A program made the position numbers and the translations under genes. Below the pieces are notes generated by a model, which saw nothing but the letters and a program-made list of their open reading frames with translations, was not told the origin of the DNA and ran no database searches. From assembly GCF_038025025.1 (NCBI RefSeq), contig NW_027117352.1, positions 1-64,000 of the forward strand: 64,000 bases of DNA, read 5' to 3'. Every line of letters begins with the position of its first letter. The first letter of the stretch is position 1. This stretch comes from Phyllosticta citribraziliensis. Its lineage: Eukaryota. Positions 50,501-64,000 of the stretch are shown in pieces.

Positions 50501-53500
50501 AACCAAGTGCGCGGAAGCGACGAGAACCACTCACGAAACGCTGCGAGAGTGCAAGCAGGGGTGGGAACAACAACATCTGAATGGACCCTGACTGACGAGG
50601 GGATTTTCGCAATTTCGGCCGAGCCGACACCTCGAGTAATCCCGTCTACGTGCTCAACTCTGATTTCGTCGCCGTCCGCCGTCCGTCGTTCGTGTTTTTT
50701 GTTTCAGCCAATTTTCGCACTGTACGACGTGGGTTGCGGCCTATCGCTCAGAGGTGTGCTGCTGCTGCTGCTGCGCAATCCCAACACCGCTTATGAAGAT
50801 TTCGTCGATGCATTAGCGCTGCATCCTCTCGAGCGCGTTCAGCCCAACTCGACGACAGGTAGGGCTGCTGGCGCTCGTTGGTCGACTCGAAGTGGAAAAA
50901 GATCTGACTGTCGTGCTGTGTCGGTCGGTCGTGACGCGTGCGTAGCAGACAGTGTGGTGAGAGCCATGCTGGCGGACTGGGCTGGGGCCAAAGTCCGTCC
51001 GTCCGTCCGTCCGTCCGTCCGTCCATGTGTCTCCATGGGGTCCCCAGCGCACGCGTCATTCACCTAGACGGCGGACGACGACGACGACGACAATGATGAT
51101 GATTATGGCTCTGCTCTGAGTTGCAGGAAGCACGAGGATTACTCCCCGCACCCAACCACTCTCGAACCATAAGACACACACAGCCCATGGGGAATTGTGG
51201 CACGTTTGCTGACTGCCTGCTGGAGAGGCTGATTAGAGCAGTCTAGCACACGCCAGTCCCGAATTAGAGATACGTATGGCATGTTCCGGGGAACGTCGTC
51301 TTGCCCGGCCTGCCCCACGACGCCAGAAAAAAGAGGGAGCAGGTGTGCGAGGCAGTGTCCAGGTAGGCGGTCGTCGCCTGGACAGGTTGGGTCGAGATTG
51401 CGCCGCCTACCATGCGCGCGCTGATTTTCTGTTCAACCGTCATCGAGAAAGAAGGCCCAGGCAGCATGGCGCGGAGAATGCTCCATCTGACAGCTTTGGG
51501 AGCCAGCTCTGTACAGCCGTTGAAACCAAGGAGCGCACGCACTGCTGGCTGGATGGCTGGCTGGCTGGGTCCGCAAGACTGGGTTCCCGGGCGCAGCCGT
51601 TGCTTCCAAATCATGTAAGAAGATCCACGGTTACGGAATCAAAGGGCATCCGAGCGAGTGCGCAAAAGCTTGTGCTTGTGCACGTTGAGATGTCGTGCTC
51701 GTCGGGACCAAGAATTCTTTTTTGCCGGGCGGTGTCGATAGAATTATTGGAAATCCGTTAAAGCCGAAACACGAGGAAAGAGAGAAAGAGAGAAGCCTCG
51801 TTTTCGAGTCTGGGGATACGGCAACGCGAAACCGAATAATACACACATACATTCACCCCTCGCACCATCATGACATCCCTGCGCGAGAGTGCATATGCTG
51901 AGACAAGACGAGGTGATTGCGTACTTGACTCTCACGATAAGTCTAGCCGCGGATGCCGGTCAGAGTCTCGAGCCAGCCGACTGACAACTGTGCGACAACT
52001 CTTCCGCTGCCAGATGGAGGGTTCGATTCGCTTTGAGGAGCGTACTTGGATATGGCCTCAGCAGTCAGTCACTCAGGCCCGCTCCGCTGCGAAGAGGCAA
52101 CCAGAGGCTGCACCACGAGATCCGGAAGAAGACTGCGTGCAACTGTTGCTCGACTGCAACGTGGTCAGCTGGCACAAGGCCATCGACTCGGAATCTTTGG
52201 TCGCGCAAGATGATGCCGTGTGCGCGCGCGCTCGCTGCGCGTCTCTGTTGCCCTTTGGTCTTTTGGGGGCGCACGACAGCAAGACCAGAGAGAAATCGTA
52301 AAGTACGGTGCTGCCTGCCTGTGGAGAATGTCTCGTACTGTCGAGTCGGCGATAGGGTCTTGGGGTCGCGGTTCCTGGGAGCCAGTGAGACGGGCGAAAA
52401 CAGAGTGCTGATGTCGTTTTGTTCTCACAGCAGGTCGTCGTGCACCAAGCGACTCAGCAAACACCAAGGGAGACTCAGGCGTTTGTTCCGACGAGCGCCA
52501 AATCTCCCGCTTCCGGACGCCGCGAGAGAAGCTGCAGCAGCAAGACAAAAAGCCACCCACTCGGCGCAGGCGCACGGCACGCCGTGTTGATGGCTACCCT
52601 TAGATATGTGCCCCCCATGTCGGTGGCGTGGTTTTGCGTTGCCTGTTGACGTTACACAACGGCCCGCACAAGCATCAATGACTTGCTTCTCGCCTAATTG
52701 CTGAAGATGGCTGCGACTTTTGAGCACGAGTCGCCGGCACTGCCCCTCCCCAACTGCCTGGATGATGCCGTGGAACCGGCACCCACAGATGCATGTGGAG
52801 GAAATGGTCTTTCATGAGGTCAACGATCGCCTCTTCCCACACCCCTTGGTTCTTACTTCCTTTTTTTGCCCGATTTGAGTCAAGGTGCCAGGTGGCAAGT
52901 AGGCATTCCAAGACAGGATCCGGAGCAAATGTTGCTTGGCGGGTGTGGTCTTGCTTGCTCTGCCCGAGCTGTGACGAGAACTCCACGTTGCCGTCCCCAA
53001 GAATCAGCAGTCTCTATTGACCCCACACAATCAAGGGGGTGTGTGTCTGGGGTCGGCACCATGCTGCCATCGCCCGTCTTCACGCGCACTCCGCCACGCG
53101 TCGCGGAAGCGAAATGCCCTGCCGCCTTGATTGTGCAGTGGTAGCTATGCCCCCCAGAGATGCAGCAGTCACCCGTATCCCTTGCTCCTAGCAATTCCTG
53201 TGGTCGAGAAGGGCGTCTAATGACGCTGGAGAAGCAAGCCGCCGCCCCACCAAGCATGGAAAGTCTGCGTTGGAAAGTCACATGCAGCTGGATCGACTGT
53301 CTGTCGTGTACGGGCAGGGCAACCCCATCATGATGACCCTTTGAAATCAATCAGTCAGCTCTGTTGCTGCGAGTCCGTCGCGATAATGGAAAAACTGCGG
53401 GAGACGGGAGCGTCTTGATTGTGGACGATGACGCAAAGCAGGACAATGTTGCAGCCAATCTTGCCGACCCGACTACCTACTCGAGCAGCCTTGCATATCG

Positions 53501-56500
53501 TTTCGACAACTCGAATACGAAACAGGTCCAAGGATTTTCTTCTTTTCGCTAAGACCTTGGCCGAGGGAGTCGACGCAGTCAGTCAGTCGGGACGAGAGAA
53601 AACGTCCTCAAGAGGTGGTCTGATGACAAAAACTGATCAGGCCTTCTGCATACAGCAGCAGCAGCAGCAGCAGCGAGTCTTTTTGGCCCGCCCGATGATA
53701 GCTGCTGCGCGAAGGGGAGAACCAAGCTCATTTCCAAGAGACACGCTTGGAGAGGTGGAACAGTCGAGTTCCCTGTTTGAGAGGTCCGACTGGAGGCGTC
53801 CAAAACCACGACGGCGGGGCGCGCAGATCAACGAGTTTGCATGCCCACCGCGACACATACGCCTACATATCCAGCCTGCTCTGCCTGGCGTGTCGATCCC
53901 CACCAGCGCCCGCAGCGCGACCGGATTGAGGCGAGGCGTAGGAAAGAGCAAAAAAGCCACTCAGAGCACTTGGCAGCTCTCGGCGCATGAGGGTTTGATG
54001 TGTGGGTAATGTATGTATGAGTAGATGCCAGCAGCTCAAACCTCGCAAGGAGGTGGTCATGTTGAATCATCAAGCTGCAGCGTCGCGGCACCGAAAGCTG
54101 CTGCTTTTCCTTGATTCGCTGCGCCCCGGGCTCGTGTTATTCCCTGAAGCAAATCCACTCTTTTCAGACGCCGGATTCAACGCATGTGGAGTCCCACTCC
54201 GACGGACGGCGTCGGCGGCGGCGACAGCTGTCGGGAGGAGCTTTTTCGGTGATGGTTTCAATATCAGGACTGGTTGGTGATGGACGGCTTCCGCGGTTGT
54301 GGGCGCTTCGGCAGGGGTCGGCATCCTGACGGCTTTGGGCGAGCGACATTTGGGTATGCGGGCACCATGGCTCGCTTCTCGTGGCCAAAGTCCGCACATG
54401 AAGCGTTGATCAACATTTGAATCGGAGGTCGGATGTGTCGTTGGAGGTTAAGGTGTGCCCGGTGTGTGATGGGTGCCCGGCCCGTTGGTCGGTCGGGGCT
54501 CCTGTAGCCGAGGTGAGCGTCCGACTCGGCACAACTTTGTCTCGACAACTCCAAACCTTTGCTCGACATCATTCCGTCCAAATCCATCTCACGGTGCAAG
54601 AAATCATCTTCCATGGGACTCAGAAACAGTCGTAGACTAACACACAGCCGATTGAGCAAGTTCTTGGTCAAACATTTTCCCGCCAGCTCTCCAGCCAACA
54701 ACTGCTGTTGCTTGATCAACATGTACTGACAATGTTTCCTTCGTGCATGCATGGCAAACAACACGATGCAGCATTGGCAATCTTTGATTTGAGGCATCAT
54801 TGAGGCCCGCGGGCATTGAGTTCAAAAGGATGAAAGAAAAAGAGCCTTTGGCGTGGAGCCAACATCTGGCAAACAGACACCAAGTCGACAAGTACCAGGG
54901 CAACTTGGACAGATTGCAACGTTTCTCGCACATTCTCAGCCAACGCCAGCATGTCTCCCTAGCAACCAGCTTTGAGTCCAGCCCGATCAATTTCTTCCAT
55001 TTTACGTGCAGTGAACGAATGGTTGGCATCGGTTGGCATCGAGAGCATCACGACCGCGAGAAGCGAGTGGAGAGTGAACACGTAGGTCTCCTGCCATGGA
55101 AAAAACAGTCTAGAGCCGAACCGCAGAGCTTAGCTGTTTGTTTACCGGGAAACAGCGGTTTGGAGGCCCAGCCCCTAGCCCGGGAAAGCGGACTGGGATA
55201 CCGCTGCTTCTAATTTCAACACCCCTTTGCATCGCGCTGGTCTTTCAATGTCCTTTCGAAGCTGGCGATCAACACACGATCATGCATCGGAGCTGGAATC
55301 AGGCACTTGGTAGGGCGGAGGTTCCAGCTGAGAACAACAAGCGTCGGACTTTCTAATAAGAGAACAGATCTGATGTTGCGGGAAGCAACTGGGAGCGACG
55401 CTGTTCCCGCGCGGGCATCGCCCTTCCAAAAATTTCCCGGATTCCAGCTGCGCGCAGCAAGCGTGGACCTAGACTTTCAAGAATGTCGCGCATTAGGGGC
55501 AACCCAAGACTTGACGTTTTGACCCTGCCACGCAGCGGTATCCATGGGACATGATCAACTCCACCACCCTGCCACCGGCTGTGCTTGGCCCCGTCCCTGC
55601 CAGCGCAGTGAACCGAGTCAAGCACCCGGTCACCGCCCGGCGCCTCGTACAAGCGCGCAGAAGGCACGCGCCCAGCTGGCGAGGTTGTCCGTCTTCGAGA
55701 TCCCCACCGACCCCCAAGCTTTGAGCGGTGCATCAGCCGCATCGCACGGACCCGGGACATTCGCAAAAAAAGAAAGTTCCGGATGACGGAGCGGTGCGAG
55801 CTCCGCAGGGTTCTTACAGGGAATTGCTGCCATCCTGCGGTCAGGCCCTACATGCTGTGGTGGTGAGTGGTGAGTGGTGAGGCGGACGCCAGACCATAGC
55901 GCTGCGTATAAATGGCCGCCAATGACGTCAAACAAAATCTCCATTATGCAAGATGTGGTGTTGACATTCGATAGTAGGTACTTGGCAGCACTGGGACATT
56001 TCGTTTTCCCTTTATTTTCCTTTTTTTGCTGCAAGCGCGCTGGGGCTTGTTCTCAGGCAGACCTGCAGTAGCCTGGCCGTTTTTTTCTCTCTCCCCTCTC
56101 TCCACCTGCATGGTAGACTTGTCCATACCAGAGTATGCGATCGACGCTTAGCTCTTCAAACTTTATGCACTGTTTCGTCACTTGTTCCCCTTTTCCCGGT
56201 CACCACATCTTACCGTTTCATTTACATGGACATCGGCCCCACGTCTTGTTTCCGTATACGGTGCCAAAAACCCTTCTTTTCCCGGAAAAGAGCTCTGTGC
56301 AGATCCGTCTGCTTATTCTCCGAGCAAAACAGGCCGTCAGAGCTGGTGTGCCAGCCGCACCAGTGCCGTTCGCTCTAACAACAGGCGAGACTAGGGAGAG
56401 TGGTGATGACATGTCCGTGGTCGAAACCAGCTGAGGCTAGCCTCGCTTTCGCATCCATATGTCCATGCGGGAATCGGGAAGCTGAACGGTGATTCTTTTT

Positions 56501-59500
56501 AGAGCAGCGCAACTCTCGGGTCGATGGTCAATCCGAAACCCCGTTCCTGAATACTTGCTAGACCAGTAGGGAGTCGCATGTCGTCGACCGTGGCTTTGGC
56601 GAGGTTTGGCCTGTAGTGGAGCGCGTGATGAACGCAGGGGGTTGGTTGGTTGGTTGGTTGGTTGGTGTTGAACAACGAAAAACGACACTTGATCGATCTC
56701 ATACGACACCGGACTACTACGCCTCTATATGGGATTATTCCAGCTTGCCGACGAATGTGATGATCATGCGTCCTGCGCTCTGTTGGGCAGGGATACCACG
56801 TTGACATGTGCTGTATAGTTCACCTCTTGGCCGCCGTTTGGGTATCACTGCTTTGATGCACTTGTTAGGCTTGACCGATGAGACGTCGCGGCGAGGACGA
56901 CGACTACTCTCTGTTCTTGTGCGCGTCGCAAAGCGCGGCGATAATGCTTGCGCCAAAACCGTCAACTGATTTCTCACAGCAGCGTCTTTGTCAAGCCTCC
57001 CATCCGCACGGGGGCTCGGCTCTTTCATCACTGCGAATATGCAATCGGTGCCAACACGGCACCGCCTGTTGCCGCCTTCGATATTTGGCACACACATGTG
57101 GTCATGACTTCGGACGCAGTCAGACGGTGACTCGTGCTCCGCGTACTTGGTCACTCGGCATTGACGTCGTCTTCACTGAGCCGCCCGAGCAGGACCACAA
57201 AGCCGGTAGCCGATGTGGCTCCATGGCAAGACATGCTGAGGTCTCCCTGTTCACTTGCATGCCGCCGAAGCGCCAAGTTCTGCTTTCGGGTCCCCTCACC
57301 CAGAATCAGAGCGGAAGAAGACCGAAAGCGAGCACGAAGATGTTTACAGAAAAAGAAACACGGAAGAGACTGGAGATCGTGAGGCGGGCTGCCAGAAGCG
57401 GGTGCTGGAAGACTGGTTACGGAAGGTCATGAATTGATTCTGGAATCTCTGACAAGGACTTCGTTTGACAGGGGCAGGGAAACGGAAGAATTTCTCAAGC
57501 TTCTTGTCCTTATGGGCACAGAAGACGCTAACATTGACTAGAACATTCCTTGTCGTCGCGAAGAGCGCAGAACGAATGACGTCAAGCCATTCATTCAGCG
57601 CAACAATCAAGGCAGTTGTGATGGGCGCTGAAGTCTTGGTCTCAAAGACCGCATTCCGTTCCCCAGCGGCCTTCATTCTGTTCACGTAGAGGAAATCCGC
57701 ATTTTCGAGGCCCCAAAGTGTCGTGAAGTTAAGATTTGATTCAAGTCAAGCTATCCCAAAGAAGACGCATATACGTGCGGGAAAGCTATAGACTATTGAC
57801 ACCAGTAGCCCAGTATGGGCCACGTAATCACTTCAATAGCACGCGAACAGGAGAAGAGCGGCGATCGTACTGCTCTCGGGGCCAGCTTCACGAGAATAAA
57901 GGCCACCTGTCCCGCGAGCTCTGGTCCCCTTCTTCACTCGTCTTGTCGTCCCAAAAAGCAAAAGTTTAAGCTTCGTCGCGATTCATGCCCGCCCAACGCA
58001 CCCTGTGGCGCAGGCGTGGCTGGCCCATTCCGACCCGACGTGGAAGACCCTCGCTCGCGTAAGGATGCTAGGACCTACGTCGCTCCGGCTCCATGCTGGG
58101 CGCTAGCACGCACGATTCTAATGTATACGACACGGCCTTGGGGACGACATCGCATCCGAGGAGAGCTGAGAGTTGTGCAAAACAAACGGTGTTGCGGGTC
58201 ATCGAGAAGGGGGCTGACTGTTGGGCGTGAAGTCGGCGTTTTGGAATTGGAAGAGTATGGGATGCTGGACGGTGATGAGGCTGATTCGGGAAGCTTGCGA
58301 TGGGGTGTTCCCTGCAAGTAATGTGGAGCTTTGAGAGAGAGAGCGTTGAGCGGTGGTCGCTGGAGAAGTTGTCCACTTGGAGATCGACAAAATTGAAAGG
58401 GCTTCCCGTGGAGAAACCGGTCTTCGATCTTGATCCTTTGCTGATCTGGTTATCACAGTGCTCTCAGTGTTCCATGGAAATGGGCCTTGCAGATCAAACC
58501 TTCACATGAGCTTCAGCAGCAAGAAAACTGGCCACACACATGTTCCAGGTATCCTCGACCACTTTCAAAGCAGCTTTCAACGGCAGGGGGGATTTGGGCT
58601 TGTCATGATGTGTGCCAAGGAGATGGGAAAGCTGGCTCTTCTTACCATTGAATGTTTGGAGAGACCGAGGACCAGGTCAAGACCACGAAGCTTGCAATGG
58701 GCAAAAAGTGCACGATTCATACTCGTCCCGTGGTGAGTCGCTGGGTTCTCCGTTGAAATTTGACGTGGTGTCGGGAAGGGCCCGTTTCCGTAGCATTGGG
58801 GCCGAAGGCCGCTCTAAAGATAGGATGTTCCAGCCGCGAAATTCAGATTCATTTGGAAATCATGGGAGAGAAATCGTTGCAATAATGAGAAAACTTCTGG
58901 GAATCGTGATCAGAGCCTCAATCGGGGTTGAATCATGCTTACCTCGATCCACTTGGGAGGATCGATAAGGTGATGCTCCAACCCAAGCGGCTCAGAGAGA
59001 GGATGCCAATCTCATTCATCAGCGGCATCCACTTTGACAAGCCGAATCCGCAGAATCCAATTCTTTCTTGGCCAAAGACGTGTCTACTCGGCACGGGATG
59101 ATTGACGGGTGTCTGTACTGGAAGTACACGCAATGGTTGAGACCCAAACTTTCACCTGCATTAGGCACGCGGGATGTGCGGGGAAGGTCGTAGGACCGTA
59201 CATGCTAGACTCTACAGTTAACCAAGTTCTTCTTTGAAGGGATTGGTGGATTTCTGCGTTGACGTATCAATCACGGAACCGCGTGGTTGGTACAGCGGCA
59301 TGTGGGACATGGCCTCGAGGAATCAAGAGTTGCTGAAGGTGTGGGGAGTGCTGTCCTTACAGTTCAGCTCCGCGTGCAAGAGATTGAGAAGAGGTTCGCC
59401 GTGAGGGTTTGTTGTGTTGACACTCGGTGGAGTGGTCAGTGCAAGTGGCGAAGAGGATTGTCCATGGAGATGTTGTGTTGAGAGCATGGCCAGAGTCATG

Positions 59501-62500
59501 GTCTAAATTGACCAACGGATTCAGCCACAAACGCGGATCCAACAAGTAGTGCATTTCTCGAGGGCGGAAGGAATATAGAAAGACGGATTCTATTCTTGGC
59601 ACAAGTGCCAGCGGGTAGATTCACACCAGTCCGTCCAGTGAGAATCAGTAGGTGGAGTTCCGCAGGGTCCAAGCAACTCTTAGCCGTCGGTCGATATGGC
59701 ATTGTACGTCTAGGCTGAAACACGTCCTTGGGCGAATCCATTGGATTCCGCAAGGCACAACATGATAAGACCACAGGAACCGAAGCTGTGCCTCCATGAG
59801 GCTAAGCCCTGGCAAAGAAATGGCTTTGTGATCGGCAGGATTCAGGTCGGCAGCTCCACAAAAGCCAGCCTTGAGTTGACGTTCCCACGACTGGTGAGCA
59901 CAGAGTCCGGAGAAAAGGAAGCTAGGGAATTATCCTTGGGTTTCCATATGACAAGACAGGTCAGACTCGGGGGCCATTTGTCAGGTCCGCTGAGGTTATC
60001 CGAGACAGTGGAAGGCCGTTGGCCAATCCTGCTGCCACGCCGTCTTTGCAAATCTGGGGTCCCTGTCACACCCCTCCCGTCCTACCAATGCGGAGTAAAA
60101 TCGAGTGTTGCAAGCGTAGTGGGGACAGTCTTACCGAAGGTCGATGTGAGAGGTCAGGGTACTTGTCCGGCTGGCGAATGCAAAATTCCGAGCATGGTGT
60201 TTATCGAGGACTTGCAGACAGATGCATCGCGGAACGACGTTGCATCCGTGGGGCACGAGTTCTAGAGGATGTTGACCAAGACCATTGGCCGCTCAGGTGG
60301 TCGTTTTCGTGTTCGTCATGAGTATCAAATGGAGTCATGACGATGATGTGTCGAAGAATGGTATGGTTGGTGTCAGCAACGGCGAGTCCGGCGCACCCCA
60401 AGCCAGTCCAGGGAAGCATTCCTGACAGTGAAGGTCTACAACAGGTGAAATGCCACGAATTCGGCAGTTCCCACAAAAGAAAAGTGCGCAGATGGTGTTG
60501 TGTCTGCCCAATTCTAGAACGGTCCTGTACCGAAACGTGGACATGCCGTAAGGTGGGTAGCCGGCGCAAAGATGCTGCAAGCAAATGTAGCGCCACTGTA
60601 GCCACAAGAAGATTTTCGAGTGAGTCAGCTAATGCGGCCCTGCCTTATCGTGGGACCGTACAGTGCCGAAGATGATCTCAGCTCCGAACATAGCGTTTCC
60701 TGCCTGATACGTGGCTGTTGTCTTTTCAATTGGACGTCAAAGCAAGCGGATATTTCCAAATCATGTCCGAAATGTGCAAGGAATACTAGTTGGACGCAGG
60801 TGAGCCGGAGAGAAGCTGGCCCCAGACGACAATTGGAAATCAAAGTCGCGTCAGATGATGAATGACCACGGCAGACGGTTTACCAACAACAAACAGACGG
60901 ACGAAACCGGGACGAGTTGGTAGTGAGGACCCTGAAGATGCGGTGTTTCTGGACTGGAATCTGGAAGAGAACGGGCCAGACAATTGGCGTCTGAGGGGAA
61001 TCACAAGGTGCTGATCAGGACGGGCTTAAGGCTGGGGCGTGCTGACGTGGAGATGCAAGTGCAAACCCTTGCGTGATGGAAGCGGGTACAGCGACGGCGC
61101 GAGCGAGGACGAAGGATAGACGGCAAGGTCAAACGGCAGGGCAGGGCAGGGCAGGGCAGGGCAATGCGGGCGTCGAGGGTGGTGGCGCAACATGAGATTA
61201 CATGGCGATGCATCGCAATTCGCGGTGAGAGGTGAGGGTGTCAGAGTCGCAAAGAGGAGAGCCCAGGACGGCGGCACCGTCGGACAGTTGGGGTTCCGGC
61301 CGCCTCGCTTGATTTTCCCAATCCGGCCTGGCCGAACGACCTCACCCATGCGCCATCGCCTTCCAACACTCACTCTGCTATGCCCATGGCTATGCCCATG
61401 GCCCTGCTGTCGACTCGGAGCGTGACCCGGCCCGGACGCTCGATCTGTCCGTGTCGGCGACTCCAGCCAAGACACGTTTGGTGGTTTCTGTGCCCGCGCG
61501 ACAGGACCTGACGTCTTTGCGTACCCCTTGAGTCGGATTCTGGTCCAGAAACCGCCTCGAGCACCAGCTTTCGACCGCCATCCCTCTGCCCTGCGCACCG
61601 CATCGTCGCACAGGGGCCACGGTACGGCCGGCACCAGCAGCCACGGAACTCTGGTCCCCTCAGGCGTCTGACCGAGGATTCGGCAGCAAAACTGGCCCGT
61701 ATCACTACGACGGGTTGCGGCCTAGGGCAAGAGTCAAGATTGCCGCTTGGGATCCTTCAGCCCCAGTGGCTGCACCTGCGTCGGCGGCGAAGATTTTGCA
61801 CACATATGCCGCAGAGGCGTTGTGGTGGAGAGGAGCAGGGTCATCAAGGGAATTCGACTCGGGACCAGCCCTAGGCGCGCATGCGCCGAGGTCCCCCTCC
61901 AAGGAAAACTCAGAAAAAAACAAATCGAAGACGTCGAGAAGACGCGCATCCCTTCCCTCTCACATGGCGATCGTCCGCCTCCGTCTCCGATTGTGCGGAG
62001 GATGAGCGACGGTTCGGAGCTTGCGCAGTGGTGCTGATGGCCCAGGACAGGGGACGGTACAGCGGCAAGCGCCTGTGCAGCCGCCGCCGGTGTCTCGCTT
62101 AACCCACTCAATTCACCTACACTCCAGCCTCGTCCCCTGGCCCCCGCCCCCGTCATAGTGGCCGTCGAAAACCGCCACAGCGCCCAGATTTTCCGATTCC
62201 CTTACCCCCCGGTCCCGGAACTAACCCCCTTGTAGCCTCCCGCAAGCCCTCGGCTTGGTGCCATGCATGCCCGGCCTTTCAAACATGGAGGGGGGGTAAG
62301 CCTGAGGCTCCCCGTGGCGCAGATCGCTAACGGCTTGCTGCTGCTCACCGTCTACTGTTACCATTGCTCGCTGCCTGTGGAGGCCCTCTAACACCGCCTG
62401 GACAGCCGCTCGCCAGTTGTGACGCGGTGGCCTACCAGATGCCGCAACATCCATCCCGAACGGCCGGTTTGACTGCACGCAGCCGGTCCCAGCCCCTGGT

Positions 62501-63503
62501 GTAGACGCCGTTCTGCACGAGGACGCCAGAATCCTGAGCCATACCATCATCGTGCGCGCGGGAAGCCTTCGACGAGCACGCCGTTGGCCCTTGGTTGCTA
62601 GTGCATTTTGCTCGTGCAACAAACAACCACTGGGCATTGTCATTTCCCAGAGGAAAGAGTGAAAAAAAAAGGCCCAGAGTCAATCATGGCCTGCAATGTA
62701 ACTCGGATGACTGAGCACAAGAATCGCTCAGCCAGCTGCAAGATCTGGGGTCCCGCAATGCCCTTGACTTCTGCAAGAGCTAGGATGAAGCAGTAACCGA
62801 ACGTGTCTGCCTCCTTTGGAACGCTGGCTGACAGCACAGACGGCGGCACATCGCCAGCATCCGGGAGGAGGAGACCCGTAACCCCTGTCAATGTCCGAGG
62901 AAACCGGGACGGCGCCTTCACTTCCACGCTCTATCATACTTGCTATCTGTGGTACTAACAATAGCCCTGCTTACCAGCAACACGCGCCACCGTCCTAGCC
63001 GCGCACCAACCAGGAAGATGTCTGTTGCATACCTGCCAGTTCCTCACGTCAATCAGTCCTGACTGTGCGTCTTCGGCATCCTGGAAGGCCCAGGCTGCCG
63101 GACGGGCTAGCCCGGTCATCGTAGCGATTAGAGTCCAAGCTCTGACTGCTACTGATCAGGGTAGGATTGGAGGTGTGGTGCCTACCTACATATATGCCCT
63201 GCCGGCCAACTTGCTTTAAAGCACAACCTCCTCCAGTACCGCTTAGTGGCCTCATAGGACCTCCTCCCTTTACGTCTTTCCCCTCGTAATTCCTGCCTCC
63301 ATAGAGCATCGGCCAACTCCTGCCTATGACCGACTGACACTGTCTTTCTCTTCCCGTCTTCGACCTTTGCTCAACGACCGATTCTACCAGGCCTCGCTTC
63401 ATATCGACACTACCTATCCCGTTGATATACTCGGACCTTCTTATAGACCTACCCCTGTAACCTAATTCTAATCCACCCGAACGACACCTACAAATTCGTC
63501 ATC
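41596..63503. promoter_or_regulatory. Very long divergent CMR1-PKS intergenic region (21.9 kb)
   Basis: No recognisable ORF or domain, no RIP signature. Scattered SSRs: (CTCCCT)n 42467-42506, (GTCC)8 50993-51024, (CAG)7 53653-53673, (GTTG)n 56641-56666, (GGCAG)n 61135-61163. Confidence 0.7.
41883..42092. repeat. G17 run, (GCCCTGG)n and C-tract cluster in CMR1 proximal upstream region
   Basis: G17 at 41883-41899; ggccctgggccctgggccctgggccctgggc at ~42003-42033; cccccatcccccatcgcccatccccc at 42067-42092. Confidence 0.85.
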
Positions 63504-64000
63504 ATGAACATTCTCATCTTCGGCGATCAGACCGCTGATCAGTACCCGCTTCTGCGGAAGGCGGTCCTCCGGAAGAACAACGCCCTCCTCTCGACCTTTT
63601 TGGAGCGTGCGAGCATTGTGCTCAGGGACGAGGTTGAACGTCTTCCCCGCCCCCAGAGGGAGAGCATACCGGACTTTCTTTCCGTTTCTTCTTTGGTCGA
63701 GGCCTACTATGAAAAGGGTCAGAGGAACCCTCAATTGGAGAGCTGTCTCGTCACCATCGCTCAGCTTTCTCACTTCTTGGGGTACGTCTTTTGCTGCCTG
63801 ATTGTTTGATATACCCATTCTAACCGTCCCAGGTATTTCGGCGAAAACCCCTCCGAGCTTCCCGTTGCTTCCAACACGAGAATTCTCGGTCTTTGCACTG
63901 GCCTCCTCGCTGCGTCCGCGGTGGCCTCTGCCAAGTCGCTGAGCGACCTTTTGCCCCTCGCCGTCGAGGCTGTCCGCATTGCCTTCAGGACCGGCACGTG
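63504..64000 (+). CDS. PKS1: Non-reducing polyketide synthase (melanin tetrahydroxynaphthalene synthase), SAT domain, 5' partial
   Basis: MNILIFGDQT...; intron 63783-63832; YFGENP..ILGLCTGLLAASAV..LAVEAVRIAFRTG (SAT GxCxG). Clustered with CMR1 and the reductase. Runs off the window. Confidence 0.92.

Overview
Filamentous ascomycete genomic DNA, Dothideomycete-like by the layout of its melanin cluster. Bases 1 to ~11,520 are an AT-rich block destroyed by repeat-induced point mutation (RIP). It holds nested relics: two chromodomain Ty3/Gypsy elements, an inverted extra LTR copy, two probable LINE 3' ends with (TAAA)n tails, and an unidentified coding-like relic. A GC-balanced gene region follows sharply. 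Its genes are a secreted ~1,525-aa protein with 14 hevein/CBM18 chitin-binding modules and no catalytic domain, a PTH11-like membrane protein, a RING E3 ligase, a HAD 'Swiss Army Knife' RNA-repair-like protein, a GGA adaptor and TSR3. Then comes the DHN-melanin cluster: trihydroxynaphthalene reductase, the Cmr1-type C2H2+Zn2Cys6 regulator, and the 5' end of the non-reducing PKS. CMR1 and the PKS are divergent and separated by ~21.9 kb with no recognisable gene. Most short ORFs in the supplied track look spurious. All calls are by eye, with no database search.
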